Made by a program: the position numbers and the translations under genes. Below the pieces are notes generated by a model. The model did not search any database and had not been told where the DNA came from. It saw only the letters and a list, made by a program, of their open reading frames with translations. From assembly GCA_964465915.1 (NCBI GenBank), contig CAYXMJ010000001.1, positions 1-49,845 on the forward strand: 49,845 nucleotides of DNA, given 5' to 3'. Origin of the DNA: an uncultured Acidimicrobiaceae bacterium. GTDB taxonomy: Bacteria; Actinomycetota; Acidimicrobiia; Spongiisociales; UBA5794. Below are positions 35,067 through 43,678 of this stretch, in pieces; the stretch's first letter is position 1; the number at the start of each line of letters is the position of its first letter.

Positions 35067-37496
35067 ATGCCCAACGGAGAAACCGATCGGATCCGCGTCG
35101 TCGAGATCGAACGCGAGATGGAGGACTCGTTCCTCGAGTACGCCATGTCGGTCATCGTTTCGCGGGCGCTTCCCGACGTTCGCGACGGCCTCAAGCCGGT
35201 ACACCGCCGCATCCTGTACGCAATGTACGACGCCGGGATTCGCCCCGGGACCCCGTTCCGCAAGTGCGCCCGGGTGGTCGGTGACGTGATGGGATGGTTC
35301 CACCCGCACAGCAACGACGCCATCTATGACGCCTTGGTGCGCCTCGGCCAGGATTTTTCGTCTCGGTACCCGCTGGTTCAGCCGCAGGGCAACTTTGGCT
35401 CCGTCGACGACGGGCCCGCCGCAATGCGCTACACCGAGACCCGGATGGCTCCGCTCGCCCTGCACCTTCTCGACGGGATCAACGAGGAGACCGTCGACTT
35501 TGTGGACAATTACTCGGGTGAACGCCAGGAGCCGACCGTGCTCCCGGCGCGATTCCCGAACCTGCTGGCGAACGGCTCGACCGGCATCGCCGTTGGGATG
35601 GCCACCAACATCCCTCCGCACAACCTGCGCGAAGTGATTGATGCGTGCCTGCATGGACTCGAGCACTCTGAAGCGACCTCCGAGGATCTTGCCCAGTTCG
35701 TCAAGGGTCCCGACTTCCCGACTGGTGGCTACATCGTTGGGACCGCCGGGATCCGGGATGCACTGCTGACCGGGCGCGGCTCGGTGAAGATGCGGGCCGT
35801 CACCGATGTGGTGGAGGTCAAGAAGAACCGGGTCGCCATCATCATCTCGGAGATCCCCTATCAGGTGAGCATCCGCAGGATCATGGAGAAGATCGCTGAG
35901 TTGGTGAACAACAAGACCATCACCGGCATCAGCGGTCTGCGGGACGAGTCGAACCGCAACGGGATCCGCATCGTCGTCGAACTGAAGCGTGATGCGAACC
36001 CCCAGGTGGTGCTGAATCAGCTCTTCAAGGGGACCGGGCTCGAAGAGAACTTCTCTGTCAACACCGTCGCCCTGGTCGATGGGGTGCCAAAGACCTTGAA
36101 TCTTGCCGAGATGGTGCACCACTACCTGGCGCATCAGCTCGAAGTCATCGTGCGCCGCTCCCAGTACCGGCTCGACCAGGCGCGCCAGCGAGCCCACATC
36201 GTTGAAGGGCTGCTCATCGCCCTCGACAACATCGACGAGGTGGTCAAGATCATCAGAGGCTCGAGCGACGTCGATTCGGCCCGGACCACCCTGATGGAAC
36301 GGTTTGAGTTGAGCGACGTCCAGGCCCGCACCATCCTCGACATGCCGCTGCGGCGCCTCACGGCGCTCGAGACCGAGAAGCTGCGGGACGAATACACCGC
36401 GTTGATGGAAACCATCGCGGGGTTGGAGGCGATCCTGGCCAGCGAGGAGCTCCAGCGTGAGGTGGTCGCCGAGGAACTCAACATGATCAGAGAGAAGTAC
36501 GGCGATGCCCGTCGCAGCCGCATCATTCCCGACCTGGGGGAGATGTCCCTCGAGGACTTGATCGCCGACGAGGAGCTCGTGGTCACCATTACCGCCGCCG
36601 GCTACGTCAAAGCGGTGCTTGCGGCGGCCTACCGCACCCAGGGTCGGGGCGGGCGTGGCGTGAAAGGCCAGGACCTGCGTGAGGACGATGTCGTCACGCA
36701 CGTGCTCCACACCTCGGCGCATGCCTATCTGCTGTTCTTCACCAACCGAGGCAAGGTGTATCGGATCCGAGCGCACCAACTGCCCAGGAAGGACCGCACC
36801 GCCAAGGGCGCGCTGATCCAGTCCGTGCTCCCGATGGATCCCGATGAGGTCATCGAGGCGGTCATCGACACCCGCGACTACGAAACGTCGCGGTACCTGG
36901 TGGCCTTCACCAAGATGGGACAGGTCAAGAAGACGAAGTTCGCCGAGTACGACTCGCGCAATCAGGTTCTCGTGGCCATCTCCCTCCAAGAGGGAGATGA
37001 GGTTGTGGCCATTCAAGCCACGGCGGGCGAACACGCCCTTGTGATGGTCACCCGTGACGGGCAAGGGATTCGGTTCAGAGAGAGCGACGTTCGCCCGATG
37101 GGCCGCGACACTCGCGGCGTGCGGGGGATCAGGCTGCGCGAAGGCGACGAGGTGGTGGCCGCCGCCTGTGTCGACGAGGGGGAGGAACTGCTGCTGGTGA
37201 CTTCGGGCGGCTACGGAAAGCGGACCAAAGTGGCAGAGTTTCCGTTGCGCAACCGAGGCGGCATCGGGGTGAAGGCGATGAAGCTAACGCGGGTCCGGGG
37301 CGTACTCGTTGGTGCGCTCGCCGTGTCGACCGGCGACCACGCGTTTGTCACGTCGAGCGACGGAATCGTGATCCGGCAGGCCGTTGACGACATCAGCCGC
37401 CAGCGCCGCGACTCCACTGGAGTCAGGGTGATGAACCTCGAAGACGGTGCCACGATCTCGGCCATAGCCCTCGTTCCTCGCGAAGATGATGAGTAG
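35067..37496 (+). CDS. gyrA: DNA gyrase subunit A
   Basis: 809 aa. …EMEDSFLEYAMSVIVSRALPDVRDGLKPVHRRILYAM…, active-site region …AAMRYTE…, and C-terminal beta-pinwheel repeats. Confidence 0.97.
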   Translation: MPNGETDRIRVVEIEREMEDSFLEYAMSVIVSRALPDVRDGLKPVHRRILYAMYDAGIRPGTPFRKCARVVGDVMGWFHPHSNDAIYDALVRLGQDFSSRYPLVQPQGNFGSVDDGPAAMRYTETRMAPLALHLLDGINEETVDFVDNYSGERQEPTVLPARFPNLLANGSTGIAVGMATNIPPHNLREVIDACLHGLEHSEATSEDLAQFVKGPDFPTGGYIVGTAGIRDALLTGRGSVKMRAVTDVVEVKKNRVAIIISEIPYQVSIRRIMEKIAELVNNKTITGISGLRDESNRNGIRIVVELKRDANPQVVLNQLFKGTGLEENFSVNTVALVDGVPKTLNLAEMVHHYLAHQLEVIVRRSQYRLDQARQRAHIVEGLLIALDNIDEVVKIIRGSSDVDSARTTLMERFELSDVQARTILDMPLRRLTALETEKLRDEYTALMETIAGLEAILASEELQREVVAEELNMIREKYGDARRSRIIPDLGEMSLEDLIADEELVVTITAAGYVKAVLAAAYRTQGRGGRGVKGQDLREDDVVTHVLHTSAHAYLLFFTNRGKVYRIRAHQLPRKDRTAKGALIQSVLPMDPDEVIEAVIDTRDYETSRYLVAFTKMGQVKKTKFAEYDSRNQVLVAISLQEGDEVVAIQATAGEHALVMVTRDGQGIRFRESDVRPMGRDTRGVRGIRLREGDEVVAAACVDEGEELLLVTSGGYGKRTKVAEFPLRNRGGIGVKAMKLTRVRGVLVGALAVSTGDHAFVTSSDGIVIRQAVDDISRQRRDSTGVRVMNLEDGATISAIALVPREDDE

Positions 37497-37536
37497 CGGG
37501 AACCGAACGCAGGCCCAATAGCGTTCAAGCAATGAG

Positions 37537-37560
37537 CCCCACGGTTCGAAGAACCGGGGG
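37537..37560 (+). terminator. Stem-loop 40 nt after gyrA (CCCC(A)CGGTTC GAA GAACCGGGGG)
   Basis: 10 bp with one bulge and a triloop. There is no U-tract, so function is uncertain. Confidence 0.3.
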
Positions 37561-37593
37561 TACACTCGTCACGTCTTCGAGGAGTTCCAGAAC

Positions 37594-38082
37594 ATGGCAG
37601 TAAGGCGGGTGCGTCGGATCGTTCGCAAGATCGATCCGTGGACGGTGCTCAAGGTCTCGTTGGTGCTCAACGCCATTGGGGCGTTGATCTTCGTCCTCGG
37701 AACCTGGGTCGTGTGGTCGATGTCGCTCCAACGCGGCATCCCCGACCGGTTTGTCGAGATCTTTGAGAGCCTGACCCTCACCTTCACCCCCGATGGTGAG
37801 TTGTACTTCCGGGTGATCGTCATGCTCGCCATCGTTGGCGGCATCGTGATGACCGGGCTGATGACGCTCGGTGCCGTCATGTACAACCTCATCTCGGACA
37901 TGGTCGGCGGTATCGAAATCACGGTGCTCGAAGAGACCTACAACCCGATCCCAGTCCCAGCTCCGGTGAGAGTCGCTCCCGCGGCACATGGTCCGCCGGC
38001 CTCAGGCAACGGCGCAGGAACATCAAGCTCCTCCGCCGACGGTGAGTCCCCCGTGGCGGTACCCCAGGCCAAATCCGGCTAG
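37594..38082 (+). CDS. DUF3566-family membrane protein (Rv0007-like, conserved downstream of gyrA in Actinobacteria)
   Basis: MAVRRVRRIVRKIDPWTVLKVSLVLNAIGALIFVLG… and …MLAIVGGIVMTGLMTLGAVMYNLISDMVGGIEITV match the DUF3566 pattern and position. RBS GAGGAG at 37580-37585. Confidence 0.8.
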   Translation: MAVRRVRRIVRKIDPWTVLKVSLVLNAIGALIFVLGTWVVWSMSLQRGIPDRFVEIFESLTLTFTPDGELYFRVIVMLAIVGGIVMTGLMTLGAVMYNLISDMVGGIEITVLEETYNPIPVPAPVRVAPAAHGPPASGNGAGTSSSSADGESPVAVPQAKSG

Positions 38083-38116
38083 CGAAACGGCGCGATCGAG
38101 GACACCCCGGTCGCGG

Positions 38117-38335
38117 TCAGTTCGCGTCTTGTGTTCCCGCAGCTATTTCGCGGGCGGCGTCCTCGTCCTCGGAACCGACCCACACTTTGGCGGTGCCAAC
38201 TCCGGGAAAGGCACCACCGATGTCGTCGGCGGTCACCTGAGCCGCGATACCGGAGTTCTCGAGGTGAGCTCGCAACAGGTCGGCTTCGGGACGGGCGCCG
38301 AACTCGGCGATGACGATGAGATTGGTTTCGGTCAT
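38117..38335 (-). CDS. Small DUF2007-like protein (putative signal-transducing/regulatory fold)
   Basis: 72 aa from the ATG at 38335: MTETNLIVIAEFGARPEADLLRAHLENSGIAAQV…KVWVGSEDEDAAREI. The upstream part of the track ORF overlaps the preceding gene's 3' end. Confidence 0.6.
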   Translation of the reverse strand: MTETNLIVIAEFGARPEADLLRAHLENSGIAAQVTADDIGGAFPGVGTAKVWVGSEDEDAAREIAAGTQDAN

Positions 38336-38382
38336 CGGCCCATCATACGAAACGTGCAGCGGCCGGCGCGGCAAGAGATTCG

Positions 38383-40467
38383 TCAGATGTCGGGAACAAC
38401 GATCACATGGGGGAGAGGGATGCGGGCGGATGGGCCGACGGCATCCACCGTGATCGGCACCAGAAAGCGGACCTGTTCGATCAGGCAAAGGCTCTCGGCG
38501 TCGGCGCGGCAGTAGATCACGGTGACGTCGGCCGTCACCGACGAGGCTCCTTCGCTAAACTCGGCGGCAATCTCCACGGGGAAGATTGTGCCGGTCAGCG
38601 ACCGGTTGGCGGCATCGTCCATCGTGACGGCGTCTCCGGAGACGAACCACTGTACGGACGAGGGCGCATCCTCGTTGACCTTGTAGCCGGTGGGGAGGGC
38701 GAACTCGAGGACAAAGGAACCCGGCCCGGGGCCGGTCTTGATTGAATCCAACTGGATCACCTTGCCCGCAAAATCCTCTGCGTCGGGCGGTGGGTTGAAG
38801 TTTTCGATTCCCTTCAGGACGAGGGTGGTGGTCGAACCGGTGGTGAGGTCGATCGCCCGGATGACGTGGTTGTTGGTATCCGCCACGTAGAGAGTGTCAT
38901 CATCGAGCGACAGCCCGCCCGGTTCATAGAACAGGGGCGAAGCACCGTCGGCCCAGCCGTGTTCTGCCCCGTAGCGGGTGGTGACGGTGTTCGTGGAGAG
39001 GTCGACTTCCTTGATCTTGCTGTTGTAGGTGTCGGCGATCAGCAGCGTCCCGGTGTCGGACCTGAAGACAACGCCGAGCGGGTGTTGCAGACGTGCTGCC
39101 GTCCCGACGCCGTCCTCATCGCCGAACTCGAAGAGGTTCTCGTCGCTGCCCGCCACGATGCCGGTGCGACCGGCGGGTTCGAGCACGTCGGCATACCGGA
39201 TGGAGCTCGACTCGCTATCGGCAAAATAGAGACGTCCGGCGGTGTCGAAGGCGACACCGGATGGCTGCGCCAGTTCCGCTTCGGCCAGCGCACCGTTGAA
39301 GGTGCTCTCGCGGGCGTTGCCGACCAGAGGGGCGATGGTGCCGCCGGCCAAGTCCATCGACCAGATCTGGTGTGAGCCCGCCATGGCGATGTAGAGAACG
39401 CCTTCGCGGATGGTGAGTCCCCAGGGCGAATTGAGGGCGACTGACGGAGCAGAACCGCCGGTTGGCGGATAGCCGATCGAGCCGGTGCCCACCAGGGTCT
39501 CAACGATTCCGGTGGCAACATCCACCGAGCGAATGACGTGGTTGTCGGTGTCGGCGACGTACAGCGTGCTGCCGTCGTCGCTCAGCGTCATGCCCTGGGG
39601 AGCGTTGAACTGGGCCTCGAGCCCGAACCCATTGCGGTAGCCGGAGCGCCCGCTGCCGTAGACATCGAGCACTTCTCCGGTGCGCGGATCAGCCACCACG
39701 ATGCGGTTGTGGCCGGTGTCGGCGACGAACAAGCGGTCGCTTGCTGGGTCGGCGAGGACCTTTCCCGGGTAGCGCAACGCCGTCTCCGGTGCCCCAGCGC
39801 TCTCGAGGGCAAACTCGATCGGCGTAGTGTCGAGTTCGCCTGATGCTGCAAATTCGGCCACGAGCGATTCCATGATCGGGGCCACCTTGGCGTAGACGCC
39901 CTCGCCTGAGTCGCCTCCGACCACGTTGCCGGCCGGATCGATCAGCACGACGGTAGGCCAAGCGTTGACGCCCCAGGTGCGCCAGATCTCGAAGTCGCGG
40001 TCGTTGACCACGGGGTGCTCGAGGTCGTACCTCAGGATCACTTGCCGGATGTTCTCGGTGGCAGATTCGTTGACGAACTTGGCCGAGTGGACACCGATCA
40101 CGACCAACTCGTCGGCGTACTCGGCCTCGAGGCGCTCCAGGTCGGGGATGATATGGATGCAGTTGATGCATCCGTACGTCCAGAAGTCGAGCAGGACGAC
40201 CTTGCCGCGTAGTGACTCCAATGTCAGCGGCGTGTCGGTGTTGAGCCAGTCGAGCCCCTCGGGAAACTCGGGGGCCGGAGTGGTTCCTGCGTACGAGACG
40301 GCTTCGCCGGGGTCGGCGTCTTTGGTCTCAGCGGGAGCGGCGCTTTCGAGCGATCCGGCCGGGGTCGCCGGATCGCTTGTTGTCGTGGGTCCGGCATCTT
40401 CAGTGCCGGAACAGGCCGCGGCCGCGAGCGCCATGATCGCCAGGAGGAGGCCACAACGTCGTCGCAT
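38383..40467 (-). CDS. Lipoprotein with an N-terminal thioredoxin-fold (redoxin/AhpC-TSA-like) domain, an NHL-repeat beta-propeller and a C-terminal beta-rich domain
   Basis: Lipobox LLLAIMALAAAACSG. The redoxin part reads LRGKVVLLDFWTYGCINCIHIIPDLE (CxxC). NHL-type repeats recur (…LFVADTGHNRIVV…, …LYVADTDNHVIRSV…, …LYFADSESSSIRY…, …LYVADTNNHVIRAI…). The ATG at 40467 is preferred over the upstream start at 40485. Confidence 0.85.
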   Translation of the reverse strand: MRRRCGLLLAIMALAAAACSGTEDAGPTTTSDPATPAGSLESAAPAETKDADPGEAVSYAGTTPAPEFPEGLDWLNTDTPLTLESLRGKVVLLDFWTYGCINCIHIIPDLERLEAEYADELVVIGVHSAKFVNESATENIRQVILRYDLEHPVVNDRDFEIWRTWGVNAWPTVVLIDPAGNVVGGDSGEGVYAKVAPIMESLVAEFAASGELDTTPIEFALESAGAPETALRYPGKVLADPASDRLFVADTGHNRIVVADPRTGEVLDVYGSGRSGYRNGFGLEAQFNAPQGMTLSDDGSTLYVADTDNHVIRSVDVATGIVETLVGTGSIGYPPTGGSAPSVALNSPWGLTIREGVLYIAMAGSHQIWSMDLAGGTIAPLVGNARESTFNGALAEAELAQPSGVAFDTAGRLYFADSESSSIRYADVLEPAGRTGIVAGSDENLFEFGDEDGVGTAARLQHPLGVVFRSDTGTLLIADTYNSKIKEVDLSTNTVTTRYGAEHGWADGASPLFYEPGGLSLDDDTLYVADTNNHVIRAIDLTTGSTTTLVLKGIENFNPPPDAEDFAGKVIQLDSIKTGPGPGSFVLEFALPTGYKVNEDAPSSVQWFVSGDAVTMDDAANRSLTGTIFPVEIAAEFSEGASSVTADVTVIYCRADAESLCLIEQVRFLVPITVDAVGPSARIPLPHVIVVPDI

Positions 40468-40518
40468 GACCGCATTCAACCCCACCTGGTGGGCAATGGG
40501 GGAGCGTTCACCGATTGT

Positions 40519-41280
40519 TCAGGACGAGGGCTCGCGGCGCGAATATGAGGCAACGCCGAGGCCGGCGTTCAACGCCTCTCCCAGAAAGGCAGCAGCTGTG
40601 GCGTCTGCCCGCTGGAGGCCAGGCGGATAGGCGCCGCGCGCGACGGCCAGCGTTGCGGCGGCGAGGGCCAACGCTTCGAGGTGGGGAGCGAGGTCGGCGA
40701 CTCCGACCGTGCGAGTGATCACTCCGGTGTTGGTTGCCGAGGTGACACGGGCGATCGCTGCCGCCCATTCACCGCTCACCGGAGCGGCGAAGGCGTGCCA
40801 CTTGGCCGCCGGGCGCGGTCGGCCCCAACGAGAGCCGACCGGCTCGGGGAAGGGGAGCGCCTCGCCGCGGCGCAACGGCCTACCCGGCTCGGTCCACGCC
40901 ACCATCTGGTCCATGACGGTGCCACCGCGGGCCGTTTCGTGTGCCACCAGCGATGGAGCGATACCGCTGGCGAGGTTGGCCCCGGCCAGCAATGTGGTGG
41001 CCCGGAGTCCGTACTCGGCGTCGTGGTCGGCGCGAGTGATCTCTTGCCAGACAACACACGAGATGCCGGCCTCGGCGGCCCGCCGAATCAGGGGTTCAGG
41101 ATCTTCGGCATCGGTAACGGCGACATCGAAGTCGCTCAGGTCGTCGGCGGGGACCACGCGAGGGTCGTCGCGGCGCGGGGTGCGGTCGACGAGGCCCAGT
41201 TCGATGAGGTCGATCTCGGCCAGGAGGATCCGGCCGGCGCGAAGTCCGACCTCTCCGGTGTGATCGAGGGCGATGCGCAT
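40519..41280 (-). CDS. Hypothetical protein (253 aa), possibly Rossmann-like at the N-terminus
   Basis: The start is set at the ATG at 41280 (MRIALDHTGEVGLRAGRILL…). The upstream part of the 368-aa track ORF covers the riboswitch and a small gene and is not credible. No motif was recognised. Confidence 0.55.
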   Translation of the reverse strand: MRIALDHTGEVGLRAGRILLAEIDLIELGLVDRTPRRDDPRVVPADDLSDFDVAVTDAEDPEPLIRRAAEAGISCVVWQEITRADHDAEYGLRATTLLAGANLASGIAPSLVAHETARGGTVMDQMVAWTEPGRPLRRGEALPFPEPVGSRWGRPRPAAKWHAFAAPVSGEWAAAIARVTSATNTGVITRTVGVADLAPHLEALALAAATLAVARGAYPPGLQRADATAAAFLGEALNAGLGVASYSRREPSS

Positions 41281-41282
41281 GC

Positions 41283-41408
41283 TCAGCGCGAGGCGGGTTC
41301 GTGATCGGCCGGATGCCAGTCTCCGACCGGTTCTGGTTGCTTCACCGGGCGCTTGAGAAAGGCGGCCACGCCGAGAGCAACGGCGACGGCGACGAGAAGA
41401 CGCTTCAT
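41283..41408 (-). CDS. 41-aa single-pass membrane micro-protein (MKRLLVAVAVALGVAAFLKRPVKQPEPVGDWHPADHEPASR)
   Basis: Hand-translated and below the ORF-track cutoff. It has an N-terminal hydrophobic helix. Its TGA (41283-41285) lies 2 nt before the ATG of the downstream gene, which suggests coupling. It resembles the short actinobacterial 'DLW-39'-type peptides only loosely (GDW in place of DLW). Confidence 0.45.
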   Translation of the reverse strand: MKRLLVAVAVALGVAAFLKRPVKQPEPVGDWHPADHEPASR

Positions 41409-41419
41409 GGGACAAAGCG

Positions 41420-41640
41420 TAGCGGTGCCCCCGCGGAGTGGCGGGATCAGGTTGTGGCCCGTATGCTCTCAGGACCGAGTCCACGGACTCGGAAGCCGCC
41501 TGATGAGCGAAGTCCGGTGAGATTCCGGCGCTGTCCCGCAACTGTGATGCCCCGCTCGGGGACAAGTCAGGTCGCCTCTCCAGGTGGTCGTGGATGAGCC
41601 CTCGGAGGAGGGGTGCACTCCGCAAGTACCGCCTCCTCCA
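41420..41640 (+). promoter_or_regulatory. Cobalamin (AdoCbl-type) riboswitch with an SD-sequestering expression platform
   Basis: Conserved core GCGAAGTCCGGTGAGATTCCGGCGCTGTCCCGCAACTGTGA (41508-41548). 5' GGTGCCC element at 41424. B12-box-like AGTCAGGTCGCC (41565-41576). Then GGAGGAGG (41604-41611) / CCTCCTCC (41632-41639), a helix that can compete with the GAGAGGAGG Shine-Dalgarno at 41644-41652. It sits directly upstream of a BtuF-type binding protein. Confidence 0.8.
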
Positions 41641-41657
41641 CTGAGAGGAGGCTCATC

Positions 41658-42632
41658 GTGTACCGGTCACTGACCGTTGGGATCGCGCTGTCCGTGATGC
41701 TGGTGGGAGCGTGTGGAGCCGACCAGCCGGCGGTCACCACAACGACCACAGCCCCGCCGGCGACAACGGCGACGAGTTCGATAACGATCGGCGCTGAGGC
41801 GTTTCCCGTCATCGTCGCCAGCGACCGGGGGACCACTTCCGTCGCCGCTCAGCCGGCCCGGATCGCGGCGCTATCGGCAACTCACGTGGAGATGCTGTAT
41901 GCCATCGGAGCGGGTGACGCGGTGATCGCCGGCGATCTGTACTCGAACTATCCGCCGGAGGCTGCGGAACTGACGTTGGTCGACTCGTTCAACCTCAATC
42001 TCGAGGCATTGATCAACCTCGACCCTGATCTCGTCATCCTGTCGTTTGATCCCGGCGATGCAGTGGCGGCGCTCGACGCGGTGGGGATTCCCACCCTGCT
42101 GTTTGGGACGCCACTCGACCTGGATGGTCTCTACGCCCAGATCGCGGCGCTCGGCGTCGCCACCGGACACCAAGCTGAGTCGGCCGCTCTCCGGACCGAG
42201 ATGCAAGCCGCGGTGGCGGGGACCGTCGCCGCAGTGGGCGCGGCCGGCGAGGGGGTCACCTACTACCACGAGACCGACCCGTTCAGCTTCTACACGCCGA
42301 ACTCGCAGTCGTTCATCGGCACGCTCTATGCCCTGCTCGGCATGGAGAACATCGCCGACGGGGCCGCCGACGACTTTGGTTCGGGGTTCCCGCAACTCTC
42401 CCCCGAGTACATCATCGCCGCCGACCCCGCCATCATCTTTCTCGGCGGGGGTTTCGAGGACGCGGCCACTGTTGCCGCCCGTGACGGTTGGGACACGATG
42501 ACGGCCGTTGCCGACGGTCGGGTCGTTGTTCTCGACTACGACGTGGCGAGTCGGTGGGGACCGCGGGTGCCGGGATTGCTGGATGACATCGCGGCGGGCC
42601 TCCTCACCTACCAGCAGGAGACCACCGGCTAG
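41658..42632 (+). CDS. ABC transporter substrate-binding lipoprotein, class III (BtuF / iron-siderophore type); cobalamin inferred from the riboswitch
   Basis: The GTG at 41658 is 6 nt after GAGAGGAGG. Lipobox SVMLVGACGAD. Peripla_BP_2-like body (…RIAALSATHVEMLYAIGAGDAVI…LEALINLDPDLVI…). Confidence 0.87.
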   Translation: MYRSLTVGIALSVMLVGACGADQPAVTTTTTAPPATTATSSITIGAEAFPVIVASDRGTTSVAAQPARIAALSATHVEMLYAIGAGDAVIAGDLYSNYPPEAAELTLVDSFNLNLEALINLDPDLVILSFDPGDAVAALDAVGIPTLLFGTPLDLDGLYAQIAALGVATGHQAESAALRTEMQAAVAGTVAAVGAAGEGVTYYHETDPFSFYTPNSQSFIGTLYALLGMENIADGAADDFGSGFPQLSPEYIIAADPAIIFLGGGFEDAATVAARDGWDTMTAVADGRVVVLDYDVASRWGPRVPGLLDDIAAGLLTYQQETTG

Positions 42633-43678
42633 TGACCACTGCGTCCGCTCCGGTCTCCAACCGCCGCCGTGGAATCGCGATGGGCGTGGCAGGCGGTGCG
42701 TTGGCGGTGGCGGCACTGCTCGGAATCGCCATGGGACCGGTCGGCCTGGGGCCGCTGGCGGTGATCGGCGAGATGGCTGACAGGCTTCCCTTTGTTGGCG
42801 TCGAATCGGGACTGACGGATCGGCATCAGGCGATCCTGTGGGAGTTGCGTGTTCCCCGGGTTGTGCTCGCCGGTTTGGTCGGCGGGACCTTGGCGATGGC
42901 AGGCGGTTCGTACCAGGGGGTGTTCCGCAACCCGTTGGCAGACCCGTATCTGCTCGGAGTGGCGGCCGGTGCCGGGTTGGGGGCGACCGCCGCCATCAAT
43001 GCCGGGGCCGGCTCGGGCGATTGGATCCTTCCGCTGGCGGCCTTTGCGGGTGGCCTCGTTGCCGTTGCCGCCACCTATGCGTTGGGGCGGATCGGCGGCG
43101 GACGAACGACCACCGCAACCTTGATCCTCGCCGGTGTTGCCGTCGCCTCGTTCTTCACCTCGGTGCAGATCTTCGCCCAGCAACTGGCCTCCGATCGGAT
43201 CCGCGAGGTCTACTCGTGGATCCTGGGCCGGCTGACGACGGTCGGCTGGTCGGAAGCCCTCGTCCTGCTCCCGTTCGCCGTCGTCGCCGCGGCCGTCCTG
43301 ATTGCCCACGGCCGCCACCTCGACGTTCTGGCCGTTGGGGAGGAGGAAGCATCCACGCTCGGGATGAGAGCGAGTCGGGTGCGCCTCACCATCGTGATCG
43401 CAGCCACGCTGGCCACAGCGGCTGCCGTTTCGGTGAGTGGGCTGATCGGTTTTGTGGGGCTCATCGTCCCCCATGCGGTGCGCCGCATCACGGGGACGAG
43501 CTACCGCGCCATCCTGCCGGTGTCGCTGTTGGCAGGTGGCGCGTTCTTGATTCTGGCCGACCTGATCGCCCGCACCGTGATCGCGCCCTCCGAGATCCCG
43601 GTCGGTGTGGTGACCGCCTTCGTCGGAGCGCCATTCTTCGCCCTGATCCTGGTGCGAACTCGGCGAGGCCTGGCATGA
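42632..43678 (+). CDS. ABC transporter permease, FecCD/BtuC family
   Basis: 348 aa, about 9-10 TM helices. Typical motifs …LWELRVPRVVLAGLVGGTLAMAGGSYQGVFRNPLADPYLLGV… and …SGLIGFVGLIVPH…. The start overlaps the stop of the binding-protein gene. Confidence 0.9.
   Translation: MTTASAPVSNRRRGIAMGVAGGALAVAALLGIAMGPVGLGPLAVIGEMADRLPFVGVESGLTDRHQAILWELRVPRVVLAGLVGGTLAMAGGSYQGVFRNPLADPYLLGVAAGAGLGATAAINAGAGSGDWILPLAAFAGGLVAVAATYALGRIGGGRTTTATLILAGVAVASFFTSVQIFAQQLASDRIREVYSWILGRLTTVGWSEALVLLPFAVVAAAVLIAHGRHLDVLAVGEEEASTLGMRASRVRLTIVIAATLATAAAVSVSGLIGFVGLIVPHAVRRITGTSYRAILPVSLLAGGAFLILADLIARTVIAPSEIPVGVVTAFVGAPFFALILVRTRRGLA

Noticed and set aside
41281-41625. Upstream extension of the 368-aa minus-strand ORF (40519-41625)
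   Set aside because: The extension would run through the cobalamin riboswitch on the opposite strand and through the small 41-aa gene. Protein-like sequence starts at the ATG at 41280.
42838-43674. N-terminal 279 aa of the 538-aa ORF that ends as the ABC ATPase
   Set aside because: It is an out-of-frame overlap with the FecCD-type permease gene. ATPase homology begins at the ATG at 43675, which forms an ATGA overlap with the permease stop.
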